Below, piece by piece: positions 1-10,237 of a stretch of 64,000 bases of DNA. The stretch is from IMG/VR virus record IMGVR_UViG_3300046171_000252, positions 143,617 to 207,616 of that record; one strand, 5' to 3'. Position numbers and translations under genes: made by a program. The notes under the pieces are model-generated. The model was not told where the DNA came from. It did not search any database and saw nothing but the letters and a program-made list of their open reading frames with translations. Within the stretch, counting starts at the first letter, position 1; every line of letters begins with the position of its first letter.

Positions 1-19
1 GGATCACTACCCTTTATAT

Positions 20-286
20 GTGCCACCGCATATTTCGGGTACAGAAGAGGTGAAAATAACTATTATGAAACCGACTCCTACTCAGGAAATGGAACAGCGC
101 ATTAGAATGCGATTTGCATTCGCAATGTCTTCCTTTGGTAGAATGTTCATGCCAAATAAAATCACACATGAGATGAGAGCACTTTGTAATGAATGGTCTA
201 TGATTGAAGAGCAACCACCTCAAGGTGATTTATATAAAGTAGATAGATATTTTTTGGAATTGTGGAAAAGTCGTGGTGAAGACTAA
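20..286 (+). CDS. hypothetical protein
   Basis: 88-aa ORF co-oriented with neighbours; no recognisable motif. Confidence 0.6.
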   Translation: MPPHISGTEEVKITIMKPTPTQEMEQRIRMRFAFAMSSFGRMFMPNKITHEMRALCNEWSMIEEQPPQGDLYKVDRYFLELWKSRGED

Positions 287-299
287 ACTAATTATATTT

Positions 300-307
300 T
301 ATAAATA
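300..307 (+). promoter_or_regulatory. T4-type late promoter
   Basis: TATAAATA 34 nt upstream of the 342 ATG. Confidence 0.7.
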
Positions 308-341
308 TCTTTAGGAAAAGATTCTTGCGGGTACAAAAACA

Positions 342-1436
342 ATGTCTCTTTGGGGAAAAAATGACAATAAACTTTCAACAGGAACAGTTTCGGTAAATCA
401 TGCTAACCGAACTGTAGTTGGAAGCGGAACAACTTTTGGAGTAGCAGGTAATGGTGTAGTTGGTGATATTATCCGATTCGGTCAACCATTAAGTGGTGCT
501 GATGGATATTTTGGAGAAGCAGTTATCGTATCCGTTGCCAGTACTTTATCAATTAAAATTGATTCAGTAGAAGGATTGAGTGCGCGAGATATTACCGATA
601 AAGCTTATCAGGTGACACAATCTCCAAAATCTACTCCTACTGATGCTGCTTTTAATAAGTTTTCAAGAGCAGTTGAAGAGCGTGGTGATCTCAAAATAAC
701 AACGGCAGTCAGTGGTGATGTCGCGGTTGGTGGAACTTCTATCACTATTACGGGTGATGCATCGGCATCTAGTCTTTTAGATAGTGACGTTCTTATCATC
801 ACTCATGGTGAGAGAAGAAAGAGGAGACAATTTAGTGAAGTCTATGGTATTGTAAGTGGTGGAAGCACTATTCTTGTTAAGAATGGATTGAAAGGCGTAC
901 ATAATATTTACAAAACTGATGGTACGGAATATAACATTGGTGCTAGTTCTATCATCCTTAGAGAGGCACTTTTCCGTACTGCTTTTGATGGTGGCATCGA
1001 TGGAGCACATATAGACGAACTTTCTGTAGGTGATACATTTACTGCTGGAACCAACTCCATTGGAATTGGAACCATAAACGATAGAACTGAAACGAGTGCT
1101 ACGGTTGTATTAAATACTGGTCTTACACAAAAAATTGATGCAAGTATTTTTGGAGCAAAAGTCACTATAAAGAGGGGAGCACTTAGTGGTTCCTTAGTTG
1201 AAGTTCGTGGTAAAGAAACTGTATCAGGTGATGAGACACAAGTTCTTGGTGTTTCAACTGATGGTACTGCACATGCTAATGGCAGTGCTTGGGAAGTTCC
1301 TCATGCTGGATGGGTGGGTGTTACGACATACATGGACATGCATGGAAATCTAAGAGTTAAGAAAGAAACTCTTGTTGCCATGTCTGGCATTGCAACTGGT
1401 AATGCACCAATCTACGATTCGAACCCATTTGCATAA
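342..1436 (+). CDS. putative virion structural protein (T4-like cyanophage conserved)
   Basis: MSLWG N-terminus, C-terminal HAGWV...ETLVAMS motif, G/T/S-rich beta character, late promoter. Confidence 0.6.
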   Translation: MSLWGKNDNKLSTGTVSVNHANRTVVGSGTTFGVAGNGVVGDIIRFGQPLSGADGYFGEAVIVSVASTLSIKIDSVEGLSARDITDKAYQVTQSPKSTPTDAAFNKFSRAVEERGDLKITTAVSGDVAVGGTSITITGDASASSLLDSDVLIITHGERRKRRQFSEVYGIVSGGSTILVKNGLKGVHNIYKTDGTEYNIGASSIILREALFRTAFDGGIDGAHIDELSVGDTFTAGTNSIGIGTINDRTETSATVVLNTGLTQKIDASIFGAKVTIKRGALSGSLVEVRGKETVSGDETQVLGVSTDGTAHANGSAWEVPHAGWVGVTTYMDMHGNLRVKKETLVAMSGIATGNAPIYDSNPFA

Positions 1437-1452
1437 TTTGTAATAATATAAT

Positions 1453-1824
1453 ATGAGATTTGATGAATTGAACGAAAGTAATTATTTACTTTTTGCTATA
1501 AAATTTTATAACAACCCTCAATCTGTTACTAGAGAAGATTTTGAGGATGATTTGAAGCGAATAAAATATATTAAAAGACTTCTGAAACGGTATAAAAATA
1601 CTGGTGAATTAAAAATTCATCTAATTTTAAATCATTTGACTGTATTGTTTAATGTATTTGATGAGGCTGCCGTGCCTCTTTTATTTTATAACTTAGAAAG
1701 AGAACTTTGGCCTTTCATAAAAAGTTTCTTATTATATTTGAATAGATTACCAGAATACCCATACACTGAAATAAATAGTATACAAGAAGATCTAAATTGT
1801 TTATCATCTCTTAATTCGGTCTAA
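1453..1824 (+). CDS. conserved T4-like phage hypothetical protein
   Basis: MRFDELNESNYLLFAIKFYNNP...EDLKRIKYIKRLL motif typical of the gene upstream of primase. Confidence 0.75.
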   Translation: MRFDELNESNYLLFAIKFYNNPQSVTREDFEDDLKRIKYIKRLLKRYKNTGELKIHLILNHLTVLFNVFDEAAVPLLFYNLERELWPFIKSFLLYLNRLPEYPYTEINSIQEDLNCLSSLNSV

Positions 1825-2318
1825 TGGATAAAGTAGATACACTCATTACTAAAATTAGACAACTTAGAGAAGCAGCACCTACTAACTCTACTGGTGCTGG
1901 AATTGCTAGGTTTGATAAATTTCTATTTCCCATTGATGATGATACTTTAACTCAAGACTACCAAACTCCTGCTGAGGTTGGATTAGCAAAGGATGAGTTC
2001 ATGGGTGTATATCCTGTTATGAAGTTGCAACTCAATAAGAGTAGTGACGGACCTTCAATTGATTCTATGGTAGATGCGTCAAAGGAGTATATGAACGTGA
2101 TAGATGATAGAAGACTTAGTAATATTATGAATTTGTCCAGATCAATTAAAGAAGAGGTTGCAGCAGCACCTACGAATAATGTTGGTGGTGGTGCAATTGC
2201 CGGAACTGCACCTGCCGGTGATGATCCTCCGGTTAGGTTAAAGAAGAAAAGAAAACCAACACCAATTGGTCGCTATGGAACCCGTAGAACCTGGATGCAA
2301 AATCTCAGAAATGGATAA
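1824..2318 (+). CDS. hypothetical protein with duplicated E-x(0-3)-APTN motif
   Basis: 164-aa ORF coupled to upstream stop; EAAPTNSTGAGIA and EEVAAAPTNNVGGGAIA. Confidence 0.7.
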   Translation: MDKVDTLITKIRQLREAAPTNSTGAGIARFDKFLFPIDDDTLTQDYQTPAEVGLAKDEFMGVYPVMKLQLNKSSDGPSIDSMVDASKEYMNVIDDRRLSNIMNLSRSIKEEVAAAPTNNVGGGAIAGTAPAGDDPPVRLKKKRKPTPIGRYGTRRTWMQNLRNG

Positions 2319-2697
2319 AGATAGCGTTAATTCAGCAATACTAGAAAGAGTTGAGAGAGTTGTAGAAGCACTGCAAGATAACTCCATCAAGATGGGTGAG
2401 TTATTAGCAGTTCATAATGAGAAATTAGATAAGCAAGATCGTATTGATGCAGTTCTCTTTGAGAAAATAGAATCCTTGCATAAGGATATGGATCGTGCCA
2501 CGGATGAAATAAAGAAAGGATGTGAAAGGGATATAAGAAAGATTGATGATCGTCTTCGTCTTATGGAAAAGAAGATGTGGAGCATTGCTGGTTCTCTCAT
2601 TGTAATATCATTTTTGGTTAGCGTGCCGGGTCAAAGAATTATGGCAAACGTCTTGACACCAAACGCATCACCGACTATAATAAGAGAAGCAAAATAG
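2311..2697 (+). CDS. coiled-coil protein with C-terminal TM helix
   Basis: start moved to ATG 2311; heptad pattern then WSIAGSLIVISFLV. Confidence 0.7.
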   Translation: MDKDSVNSAILERVERVVEALQDNSIKMGELLAVHNEKLDKQDRIDAVLFEKIESLHKDMDRATDEIKKGCERDIRKIDDRLRLMEKKMWSIAGSLIVISFLVSVPGQRIMANVLTPNASPTIIREAK

Positions 2698-2710
2698 TAA
2701 ATTATTTGTA

Positions 2711-3682
2711 ATGGATTTGGTTGACGCCAAATATATTGGACTAGTTTCTTCACGACTTAAGAAATTTAAGAGAATCAAGGAAAACCTTTTTAATTTTCGT
2801 TGTCCTATTTGTGGAGACTCGCAGAAGCAAAAAAATAAAGCACGAGGATATTTCTATCGTGTAAAAAATAACGTCAACTTCAAGTGCCATAATTGTGGTG
2901 CCAGTTTATCGTTTAATAATTTTCTTAAGCAGATAGATGCGACTCTTCACAAACAATATACACTTGAGAAATTCAAAGAAGGTCATACAGGAAAAAACTT
3001 TGTAGTTCAAGAACCTAAGTTTGAATTTACCAAACCTGTATTCAAAAAATCTCTAGGGTTGCCAAAGGCATCTTCAAGTCCTATTTCGTCAGAATATCTC
3101 ACAAAACGTGGGATAGATCCTGACAAGTTTTATTTTGCCGACAAGTTCATGGAGTGGACAAATAGTCAGAAATCAACCTTTGATAATATCATTAGGGATG
3201 AGAATCGCATTGTAATCCCAATGTATGATGAGGATAAAAATCTTATTGGTTTTCAGGGTAGAGCACTGGGCAAATCATTCACTAAATACATCACCGTAAT
3301 GTTGAATGAGGATGCACCAAAAGTATATGGACTTGACACTATTGACAAAAAATCTACCGTTTACATTACAGAAGGACCATTCGACAGCACGTTCATTTGC
3401 AACTCAATTGCTATGTGCGGAGCTGATGTTGATGTCAGTGGTTGGGGTATTAGCAATCCTGTTTGGGTCTATGATAACGAACCACGCAATCGAGAAATCG
3501 TCAATCGAATCAGTAGAACAATCGATAATGGCAACTCCATAGTGATTTGGCCAAATAACATAATTGAGAAAGATATTAATGATATGGTTCTTTCTGGACA
3601 TGATGTCATGTCTATGGTAAAATCAAACACCTACTCGGGTTTAGAAGCAAAAATTAAATTTAACAATTGGAAAAAAATATGA
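2711..3682 (+). CDS. gp61: DNA primase (T4 gp61-like)
   Basis: Zn ribbon CPICGD...CHNC and TOPRIM motifs EGPFD, DNEPRN, KDIND. Confidence 0.95.
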   Translation: MDLVDAKYIGLVSSRLKKFKRIKENLFNFRCPICGDSQKQKNKARGYFYRVKNNVNFKCHNCGASLSFNNFLKQIDATLHKQYTLEKFKEGHTGKNFVVQEPKFEFTKPVFKKSLGLPKASSSPISSEYLTKRGIDPDKFYFADKFMEWTNSQKSTFDNIIRDENRIVIPMYDEDKNLIGFQGRALGKSFTKYITVMLNEDAPKVYGLDTIDKKSTVYITEGPFDSTFICNSIAMCGADVDVSGWGISNPVWVYDNEPRNREIVNRISRTIDNGNSIVIWPNNIIEKDINDMVLSGHDVMSMVKSNTYSGLEAKIKFNNWKKI

Positions 3683-5979
3683 CCAATGGAATCAATGTAA
3701 AAAAGCGCAACGGAAGAGGGAAGGAACCACTTCTTCTTGAGAAGATGCATAGAATGGTTGATGAGGCATGTACCGACCTTGCAGGAGTCTCTGCATCGCA
3801 GGTAGAGATGCAATCTGGTATTCAGTTCTATGATGGTATTACAACTGCAGAAATTCAAGAGATTTTGATTCGCTCTGCTTCAGACTTGATCGACTTAGAC
3901 CATCCTAATTATCAGTTTGTCGCTGCTCGTCTCTTATTGTTTTCTATCCGCAAGCAATTGTATGGACGTAGGCATGAAATTCCAAAGGTAAAGGACCATA
4001 TATCAAGTTGTGTAGAAAAGGGTGTATATGATCCAGAACTTTTAACTTTATATTCAGATGAGGAGTTTGATAAACTTCAGTCGTTTATCGACCATGATCG
4101 TGATTATTTGTTTACATTTGCCGGTCTTCGTCAGGTTGCGGATAAATACCTAGTGCAGGATAGAAGCAGCGGTGTTTTATATGAAACTCCACAGTTCATG
4201 TATATTTTGATTGCTGCTACAATTTTTTCAAAATATCCAAAAGAAACCCGTCTGGATTACGTTAAAAAATATTATGATGCAATCTCCAAACACAGACTCA
4301 ACATCCCCACGCCAATCATGGCAGGAGTTAGAACACCTCTTAGACAGTATGCCAGCTGTGTTCTTGTTGATGTTGATGACACCCTCGATAGTATCTTTAC
4401 TAGCGATATGGCTATTGGGAAATATGTTGCTCAACGTGCAGGCATCGGTATCAACGCAGGCAGAATCCGTGGCATCAACAGTAAGATCCGAGGTGGAGAA
4501 GTACAACACACAGGTGTTGTCCCGTTCCTTAAAAAGTTTGAATCAACTGTACGATGTTGCACTCAGAATGGGATTCGTGGTGGTTCCGCAACAGTCCACT
4601 TCCCAATCTGGCACATCGAAATCGAAGACATCCTAGTTCTTAAGAACAATAAGGGTACAGAAGACAACCGAGTGAGGAAACTTGACTACTCAATCCAAAT
4701 TTCAAAACTTTTCTACGAACGTTTCATTACGAATGGAGAGATTAGCTTATTCTCACCGAATGACGTACCAGGTCTCTATGATGCTTTTGGTACTGACGCA
4801 TTTGACGATTGCTATGTGGACTATGAATCAGATCAGTCTGTTCCAAGAAAGACTGTCAAGGCACAGGATCTCTTTCTAGACCTTTTAAAAGAAAGGGCAG
4901 AGACTGGTCGTCTTTACATTATGAATATTGACCACTGTAACTCTCATTCTTCTTTTATTGACAAAGTTGAGATGAGCAATCTATGTCAAGAAATTACTCT
5001 ACCTACGAAACCTTTACAACATATTGATGATGAAGATGGGGAAATTGCTTTGTGCATCCTTAGTGCTATTAACATTGGTAAAATTAGGGACCTTGAAGAT
5101 CTTGATGTTCTTTGTGATCTTGCTGTTAGGAGTCTTGATGAACTCATTGACTTTCAAGGATACCCCGTCAGAGCAGCAGAGATTGCCACTAAGGCACGTC
5201 GTTCGTTAGGAATCGGTTATATTGGTCTGGCACATTATCTTGCCAAACATGGAGTCAAATACGACCAACCAGATTCTTGGAAACTGGTTCATGATTTAAC
5301 TGAGGCATTCCAATACTATTTGATTCAGGCAACTGTCAACGTTGCAAAAGAAAAGGGTGCATGTGAATACAGTCATCGCACCAAGTACGGGAATGGAATT
5401 CTTCCGATTGATACATATAAACATGATGTAGATGAAATTGTGCCGAATGAGCTTCAGTACGATTGGGAGAGTCTTAGAACTCAGGTTTTGGAATACGGGG
5501 TACGGAACTCAACATTGTCCGCACAAATGCCTTCGGAGAGCAGTTCCGTTGTGTCAAACGCAACAAATGGAATTGAACCACCTAGAGGATACTTGTCCGT
5601 TAAGAAATCGAAGAAAGGTCCTTTGAAGCAAATAGTTCCACAATATGGAACCCTTAAAAATAATTATACGTTGCTTTGGGATATGCCTGGGAATACTGGG
5701 TATATTAATATTGTTGCAGTTATGCAGAAATTCTTCGATCAAGCAATTTCTGGAAACTGGTCCTATAATCCAGAGCATTATGAAAATTCTGAAGTTCCTG
5801 TTAGTGTAATGGCACAGGATCTTTTAACTACATATAAGTACGGTTGGAAGACCTCTTATTACCAAAATACATACGATAATAAAAACGATGAAGTAGAGGA
5901 ATCTACGGAGTCTCTTGATAGTTTAATTTCTCAATTAGAAAACGCGGAGGAGGAAGACTGTGAGTCTTGTACAATTTAA
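3679..5979 (+). CDS. nrdA: ribonucleotide reductase class Ia alpha subunit
   Basis: N-terminal ATP-cone, TPIMAG, SCVL, SNLCQEI, C-terminal CESC; no intein/intron seen. Confidence 0.98.
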   Translation: MTNGINVKKRNGRGKEPLLLEKMHRMVDEACTDLAGVSASQVEMQSGIQFYDGITTAEIQEILIRSASDLIDLDHPNYQFVAARLLLFSIRKQLYGRRHEIPKVKDHISSCVEKGVYDPELLTLYSDEEFDKLQSFIDHDRDYLFTFAGLRQVADKYLVQDRSSGVLYETPQFMYILIAATIFSKYPKETRLDYVKKYYDAISKHRLNIPTPIMAGVRTPLRQYASCVLVDVDDTLDSIFTSDMAIGKYVAQRAGIGINAGRIRGINSKIRGGEVQHTGVVPFLKKFESTVRCCTQNGIRGGSATVHFPIWHIEIEDILVLKNNKGTEDNRVRKLDYSIQISKLFYERFITNGEISLFSPNDVPGLYDAFGTDAFDDCYVDYESDQSVPRKTVKAQDLFLDLLKERAETGRLYIMNIDHCNSHSSFIDKVEMSNLCQEITLPTKPLQHIDDEDGEIALCILSAINIGKIRDLEDLDVLCDLAVRSLDELIDFQGYPVRAAEIATKARRSLGIGYIGLAHYLAKHGVKYDQPDSWKLVHDLTEAFQYYLIQATVNVAKEKGACEYSHRTKYGNGILPIDTYKHDVDEIVPNELQYDWESLRTQVLEYGVRNSTLSAQMPSESSSVVSNATNGIEPPRGYLSVKKSKKGPLKQIVPQYGTLKNNYTLLWDMPGNTGYINIVAVMQKFFDQAISGNWSYNPEHYENSEVPVSVMAQDLLTTYKYGWKTSYYQNTYDNKNDEVEESTESLDSLISQLENAEEEDCESCTI

Positions 5980-7144
5980 GATAAACAAAGAAAAAAAACC
6001 AGTGGTTGAATCCATGACTGTTTTTAACTCTGAGGAAGTTGACACTAAAAAGCAACCAATGTTTTTTGGTAAACCACTGGGTATTCAGAGATACGATTCT
6101 TATAAGTATCCAATTTTTGACAAACTCACAACGCAGCAGTTGGGATATTTCTGGAGACCAGAGGAAGTTTCTCTTCAGAAAGATCGTGCTGATTATCAAA
6201 CACTACGTCCAGAACAAAAGCATATTTTTACTTCTAACTTGAAGTATCAGATTATGCTTGATTCGGTTCAGGGTCGTGGTCCTGGTATGGCATTTATCCC
6301 ATATTGCTCTCTTCCTGAATTAGAGGCATGTATGGAGGTCTGGGGGTTCATGGAGATGATCCATAGTCGTTCATATACTCATATCATCAAGAACATTTAT
6401 CCTGACCCCTCTGATGTATTTGATCACATTCTGAATGATGATCGCATTGTTGAACGTGCCATGACGGTTACTCAGGCATATAATGAGTTTATTAATGCAG
6501 CACATCATTATGATAATTCTAATGATTGGCAACATGCATTGGAGCAAGTTCCTTATGCATTAGAATCCAGATATGAACTCAAGCGCAAACTCTTTAGAGC
6601 AGTTGCGAATGTTAATATCCTTGAAGGTATTCGCTTTTACGTATCATTTGCTTGTAGTTTTGCTTTTGGTGAACTCAAACTTATGGAAGGAAGTGCAAAG
6701 ATCATCTCACTGATTGCTAGAGATGAGAATCAGCATCTTGCTATTACTCAGAATATTCTGAAGAAGTGGAGAGAAGGTGATGATCCTGATATGAAAAAAA
6801 TCTTTAAAGAAGAAGAACAATGGTTGATTGGTGCATTTGAAAACTGTGTTAATCAAGAAAAACTTTGGGCAGAATATCTGTTCAAGAATGGTTCAATGAT
6901 TGGTTTGAATGATAAATTGCTTCAGCAATATGTAGAATGGATTGCCAATCGTAGAATGAAAGCAATTGGACTAAAACCAATCTATGACATACCCGCAAAG
7001 AATAACCCACTCCCCTGGACGGAACATTGGATTTCGTCGAAGGGTCTTCAAGTTGCTCCTCAAGAAACTGAGGTTGAGTCTTACATCGTCGGAGGAATCA
7101 AACAAGATGTCACCGAAAACACATTCGCAGGATTTAGTCTCTGA
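5960..7144 (+). CDS. nrdB: ribonucleotide reductase class Ia beta subunit
   Basis: FWRPEEV, EMIHSRSY, LEGIRFY, DENQH diiron motifs; C-terminal APQETEVESY; GTG start. Confidence 0.97.
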   Translation: MSLVQFKINKEKKPVVESMTVFNSEEVDTKKQPMFFGKPLGIQRYDSYKYPIFDKLTTQQLGYFWRPEEVSLQKDRADYQTLRPEQKHIFTSNLKYQIMLDSVQGRGPGMAFIPYCSLPELEACMEVWGFMEMIHSRSYTHIIKNIYPDPSDVFDHILNDDRIVERAMTVTQAYNEFINAAHHYDNSNDWQHALEQVPYALESRYELKRKLFRAVANVNILEGIRFYVSFACSFAFGELKLMEGSAKIISLIARDENQHLAITQNILKKWREGDDPDMKKIFKEEEQWLIGAFENCVNQEKLWAEYLFKNGSMIGLNDKLLQQYVEWIANRRMKAIGLKPIYDIPAKNNPLPWTEHWISSKGLQVAPQETEVESYIVGGIKQDVTENTFAGFSL

Positions 7145-7250
7145 TTCTGAAGAAGAAAAATCTTTAGAGGCATACAGAGAGGCAGCAAAATCGGATGCCT
7201 TTCTGTTTGGTGACTATGATGGATACTCTGCTTTTACTGAAGATAAATAA
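7107..7250 (+). CDS. small acidic hypothetical protein overlapping nrdB 3' end
   Basis: ATG 7107 with GGAGGA at 7091-7096; 47 aa MSPKTHSQDLV...FTEDK. Confidence 0.5.
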   Translation: MSPKTHSQDLVSDSEEEKSLEAYREAAKSDAFLFGDYDGYSAFTEDK

Positions 7251-7270
7251 ATTCCAGATGATGGAGTGAT

Positions 7271-7711
7271 TTGACAGATTATGAAAATCCCTGGAAGTTT
7301 AAGGGAACCGATTTTTTATCTGAGAATATTGACGATAACTTCGGTTTTGTCTATCTCATTACAAATCTCAAAAACGGTCGCCAGTATATTGGAAGAAAAT
7401 ACTTCTGGTCAAATAGAAAGCCTAGAGGTAAATCTAGGAGAGTTAAATCTGAAAGCGACTGGAAAAAATACTACGGCAGTTCTGATGAACTTAACAAAGA
7501 CCGTAAAGAGATTGGAAACGAATTTTTTACAAGAGAAATTTTAAGTCTACATAAGACCAAAGGAAAGGTCAATTATGAAGAGACGAAACAACTTTTCATC
7601 AATAACGTTCTAACCGAAGCCCTTGACGACGGAGGACCTCTCTACTATAATAGCAATATTCTAGGAAGGTACATGAAGAAAAATTATGGTAACTTTGGAA
7701 CAAACTCTTGA
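7271..7711 (+). CDS. GIY-YIG endonuclease (T4 endonuclease II/DenA-like)
   Basis: GFVYLITN...YIGRK motif, Y(Y)GSS, terminal YN; sits after nrdB like T4 denA. Confidence 0.8.
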   Translation: MTDYENPWKFKGTDFLSENIDDNFGFVYLITNLKNGRQYIGRKYFWSNRKPRGKSRRVKSESDWKKYYGSSDELNKDRKEIGNEFFTREILSLHKTKGKVNYEETKQLFINNVLTEALDDGGPLYYNSNILGRYMKKNYGNFGTNS

Positions 7712-7901
7712 ACGCAATTACCATTGGGTCATAGATCGTATTCATTATCTTTGTGAAATTGATAAGGAAAAAACATTAACTTTGGATGCTTTAGATGATG
7801 CTTATGCTATTCAAAAAGAATTCTCTGAATGGTTGGACCCAAACATAGATGATCATGATGTATTTTCTCTTGAATACATAGGAGATGACTCCTTGTCTTG
7901 A
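7686..7901 (+). CDS. hypothetical protein
   Basis: 71-aa acidic ORF overlapping upstream gene end. Confidence 0.6.
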   Translation: MVTLEQTLERNYHWVIDRIHYLCEIDKEKTLTLDALDDAYAIQKEFSEWLDPNIDDHDVFSLEYIGDDSLS

Positions 7902-7926
7902 CAACCTTGAAATGATGTCCTATAAT
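7898..7926 (+). promoter_or_regulatory. sigma70-type early promoter
   Basis: TTGACA-N17-TATAAT, perfect consensus. Confidence 0.85.
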
Positions 7927-7960
7927 ACGAAAGCACTGAAGAGGTTCCTTTTTTAATGGT

Positions 7961-8359
7961 ATGATTTTAGAAACACTCCTGGCACTAACGCCCATTGACT
8001 ACGACCATTTGGCAAGAGCAGTCAAGGTTGAAGCAGCCCCTAACACTATGGATGAATACTGTGTAGCAGTGTCTATCCTTAATCGTGTCAGATCTCCTCT
8101 TTACCCAAATACTGTTGCTGGCGTAGTTTATGCTCCCGGACAATATGAAGGATTTCGTTATTGGAGACCAGTTGCTTCTACAACTTTAGTGAATGAATTC
8201 AAATCTGATAAGGGAAGAGAAAACTTTCTCAAAGCATACAGTATCATTGGGGACCGAACAAGTTTCAAAGGACAGCGGATGCTACCGTATCGTGTTGTAT
8301 CAGAAGATCCAATGTGCGATTCAAAAGGCAATTTCTTCCATTATCACTGGCAGTCATGA
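7961..8359 (+). CDS. cell wall hydrolase (SleB/Hydrolase_2 family)
   Basis: VEA...AVSILNRVRSPLYPNTVAGVVYAPGQY pattern. Confidence 0.85.
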   Translation: MILETLLALTPIDYDHLARAVKVEAAPNTMDEYCVAVSILNRVRSPLYPNTVAGVVYAPGQYEGFRYWRPVASTTLVNEFKSDKGRENFLKAYSIIGDRTSFKGQRMLPYRVVSEDPMCDSKGNFFHYHWQS

Positions 8360-8643
8360 CCTATCCAGCACCAATTATTGCACCTTATGATGAGTGGTTC
8401 AGTGAACCAATTTTAACAGAAACTCAAATGGAGTATCAAAAACTAATGAAAGAATCTGGCGACGACATTATTGTAAATATGGATGGTGGAGTTGGTGGTT
8501 CTTGGAAAGTCGAAACTGAACCTGTCAATATTCATGAAGTGATGTATGATATGGCAACCAAAACTGGCAAGACTACAACTCAATTAGACCCTATTGGCGC
8601 ATCGGAAAATTTTCAAGGAGGTTCGGAAAATCTATATGGATAA
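8356..8643 (+). CDS. hypothetical protein
   Basis: start at ATG 8356 overlapping upstream TGA. Confidence 0.6.
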   Translation: MTYPAPIIAPYDEWFSEPILTETQMEYQKLMKESGDDIIVNMDGGVGGSWKVETEPVNIHEVMYDMATKTGKTTTQLDPIGASENFQGGSENLYG

Positions 8644-8857
8644 TGATTGGCGTTATAGTGAAGATAAATTAAAAATTCGTCAACAAGCACTTAGTATTCT
8701 TTTGAAAAAATATGGTTCTGAACTTAATTCAACAAGAGAATCTAAATACAAATCCCAATCTATATACGAATGTGCCCATGATTGGGTATCCCAAGGTAAT
8801 GTAAATTGTAATGGCATTGCCAAATACTACGAGGCTTATTATGCAAAAAGTAATTAA
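8636..8857 (+). CDS. hypothetical protein
   Basis: start at ATG 8636 with GGAGG upstream. Confidence 0.65.
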   Translation: MDNDWRYSEDKLKIRQQALSILLKKYGSELNSTRESKYKSQSIYECAHDWVSQGNVNCNGIAKYYEAYYAKSN

Positions 8858-9095
8858 TGTTTTAGCAGTCCTATCATTTGTAGGAACTGCAGGTATCGTC
8901 GGTGGCGGTACTGCACTATATCTCAATAAGGATTCTATTATTGAGAACGCAAAGAACCAAATTGCAGCAGCTGCCGGAGAAGCAATTGCTGGTGCTCTTC
9001 CTGGAATGATGGATTCTGCAATGCCAGAACTTCCTAGTGCCACTGGTGGTGCTCTACCACTTCCTACAACTACTGGACCCGCTCTACCTTTCTGA
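8841..9095 (+). CDS. membrane-anchored hypothetical protein
   Basis: N-terminal hydrophobic helix, P/T/A-rich tail. Confidence 0.65.
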   Translation: MQKVINVLAVLSFVGTAGIVGGGTALYLNKDSIIENAKNQIAAAAGEAIAGALPGMMDSAMPELPSATGGALPLPTTTGPALPF

Positions 9096-9096
9096 T

Positions 9097-9768
9097 ATGA
9101 AAAAGATTATTATGGCCTTGATGGCAGCATGTCTTGCTGTCCCTGCTGCAATTGCAGATCCTCTTAAAGATGAAGATTACTTCACCATGCATTCTATGGG
9201 ATGTATGATTCTTCAAGAGTGTACTGATGATGTAGATGAAGTGTCCTCTCTTCTGGATGTTTCTTCTCAGTATAATAACACTGAAGCATTTACTCCAGTA
9301 GCAAATGAGTTTAACAATATGCTTATGTCATTGAACCAAGTGGGAGTGAATGTATATCTTGCGGATGAGAAGTATTTTCCAGTAGGGCATCGTGGTGTCT
9401 ATCATACTGTTTCTAATAACTTCTTTTTAAATAGAAGGTTCATGAATCGTCCTGGTACACTGATGTCCGTGATGCGTCATGAAGGATGGCACGCTGCACA
9501 AGATTGTATGGCAGGGACTATTGATAATAGTTTGATTGCTATCATCAAACCTGAAGATCAAGTTCCACCACTATGGAAAGAGATTGTGGAACGTACATAT
9601 CCACCTTCAGCACAACCCTGGGAAGCAGAAGCAACCTGGGCAGGTAAGACTGAGGGTATGACTATGGCAGCACTGAGTGCATGTGCAACTGGTGAGATGT
9701 GGAATGTATATCCTCCTACACCACTGACTAGAGAGTATCTAGTCAAAGAAGGTTATATTTCTAAATAA
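9097..9768 (+). CDS. putative secreted zinc metallopeptidase
   Basis: signal peptide MKKIIMALMAACLAVPAAIA; HEGWH (HExxH) and downstream EAEA. Confidence 0.7.
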   Translation: MKKIIMALMAACLAVPAAIADPLKDEDYFTMHSMGCMILQECTDDVDEVSSLLDVSSQYNNTEAFTPVANEFNNMLMSLNQVGVNVYLADEKYFPVGHRGVYHTVSNNFFLNRRFMNRPGTLMSVMRHEGWHAAQDCMAGTIDNSLIAIIKPEDQVPPLWKEIVERTYPPSAQPWEAEATWAGKTEGMTMAALSACATGEMWNVYPPTPLTREYLVKEGYISK

Positions 9769-9789
9769 AGGTGCGTTGCTCCATACGGA

Positions 9790-10233
9790 ATGCCGGAAGA
9801 AGTTAAGAAGGAAGATACCAAGAAAAAAGGTATTCTTGGAAAGATGAAGGAGGCAGCAAGTGACAAAGAAGAGCAGCTTGATATTCTTTCTACTTTTGTT
9901 AGGCTTGGCATCCTTGTTTGGAGCGGCGGAATACTCACGCTGGCGTACATCCAGTTACCACCTGTACTCGGTATTCCCGAGCAAAAACTAGATCCAACTT
10001 TTATCGCGAGTGTCTTTACTGGGGTGCTCGCGACTTTTGGTGTTCAGGCAGCAAAGAAAGGTGGCAATGGAAATGGTAATGGATCTTCCACTGGTGGTAT
10101 CAGTAAAGCAGATATGGAAAGATTGATTGCTGCTGCAGCACAAACTGCACCTGCTCAAACCATTCGTGTAGAGCAAGCACCAATCAAGTTCATCACTAAG
10201 GATGATGAACCACCCGTAAAACCTACCGTATAA
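9790..10233 (+). CDS. two-TM membrane protein
   Basis: two hydrophobic segments flanked by charged termini. Confidence 0.7.
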   Translation: MPEEVKKEDTKKKGILGKMKEAASDKEEQLDILSTFVRLGILVWSGGILTLAYIQLPPVLGIPEQKLDPTFIASVFTGVLATFGVQAAKKGGNGNGNGSSTGGISKADMERLIAAAAQTAPAQTIRVEQAPIKFITKDDEPPVKPTV

Positions 10234-10237
10234 TCTT

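Noticed and set aside
3667-7144. Inteins or group I introns in nrdA/nrdB
   Set aside because: Both ORFs are continuous and of normal length
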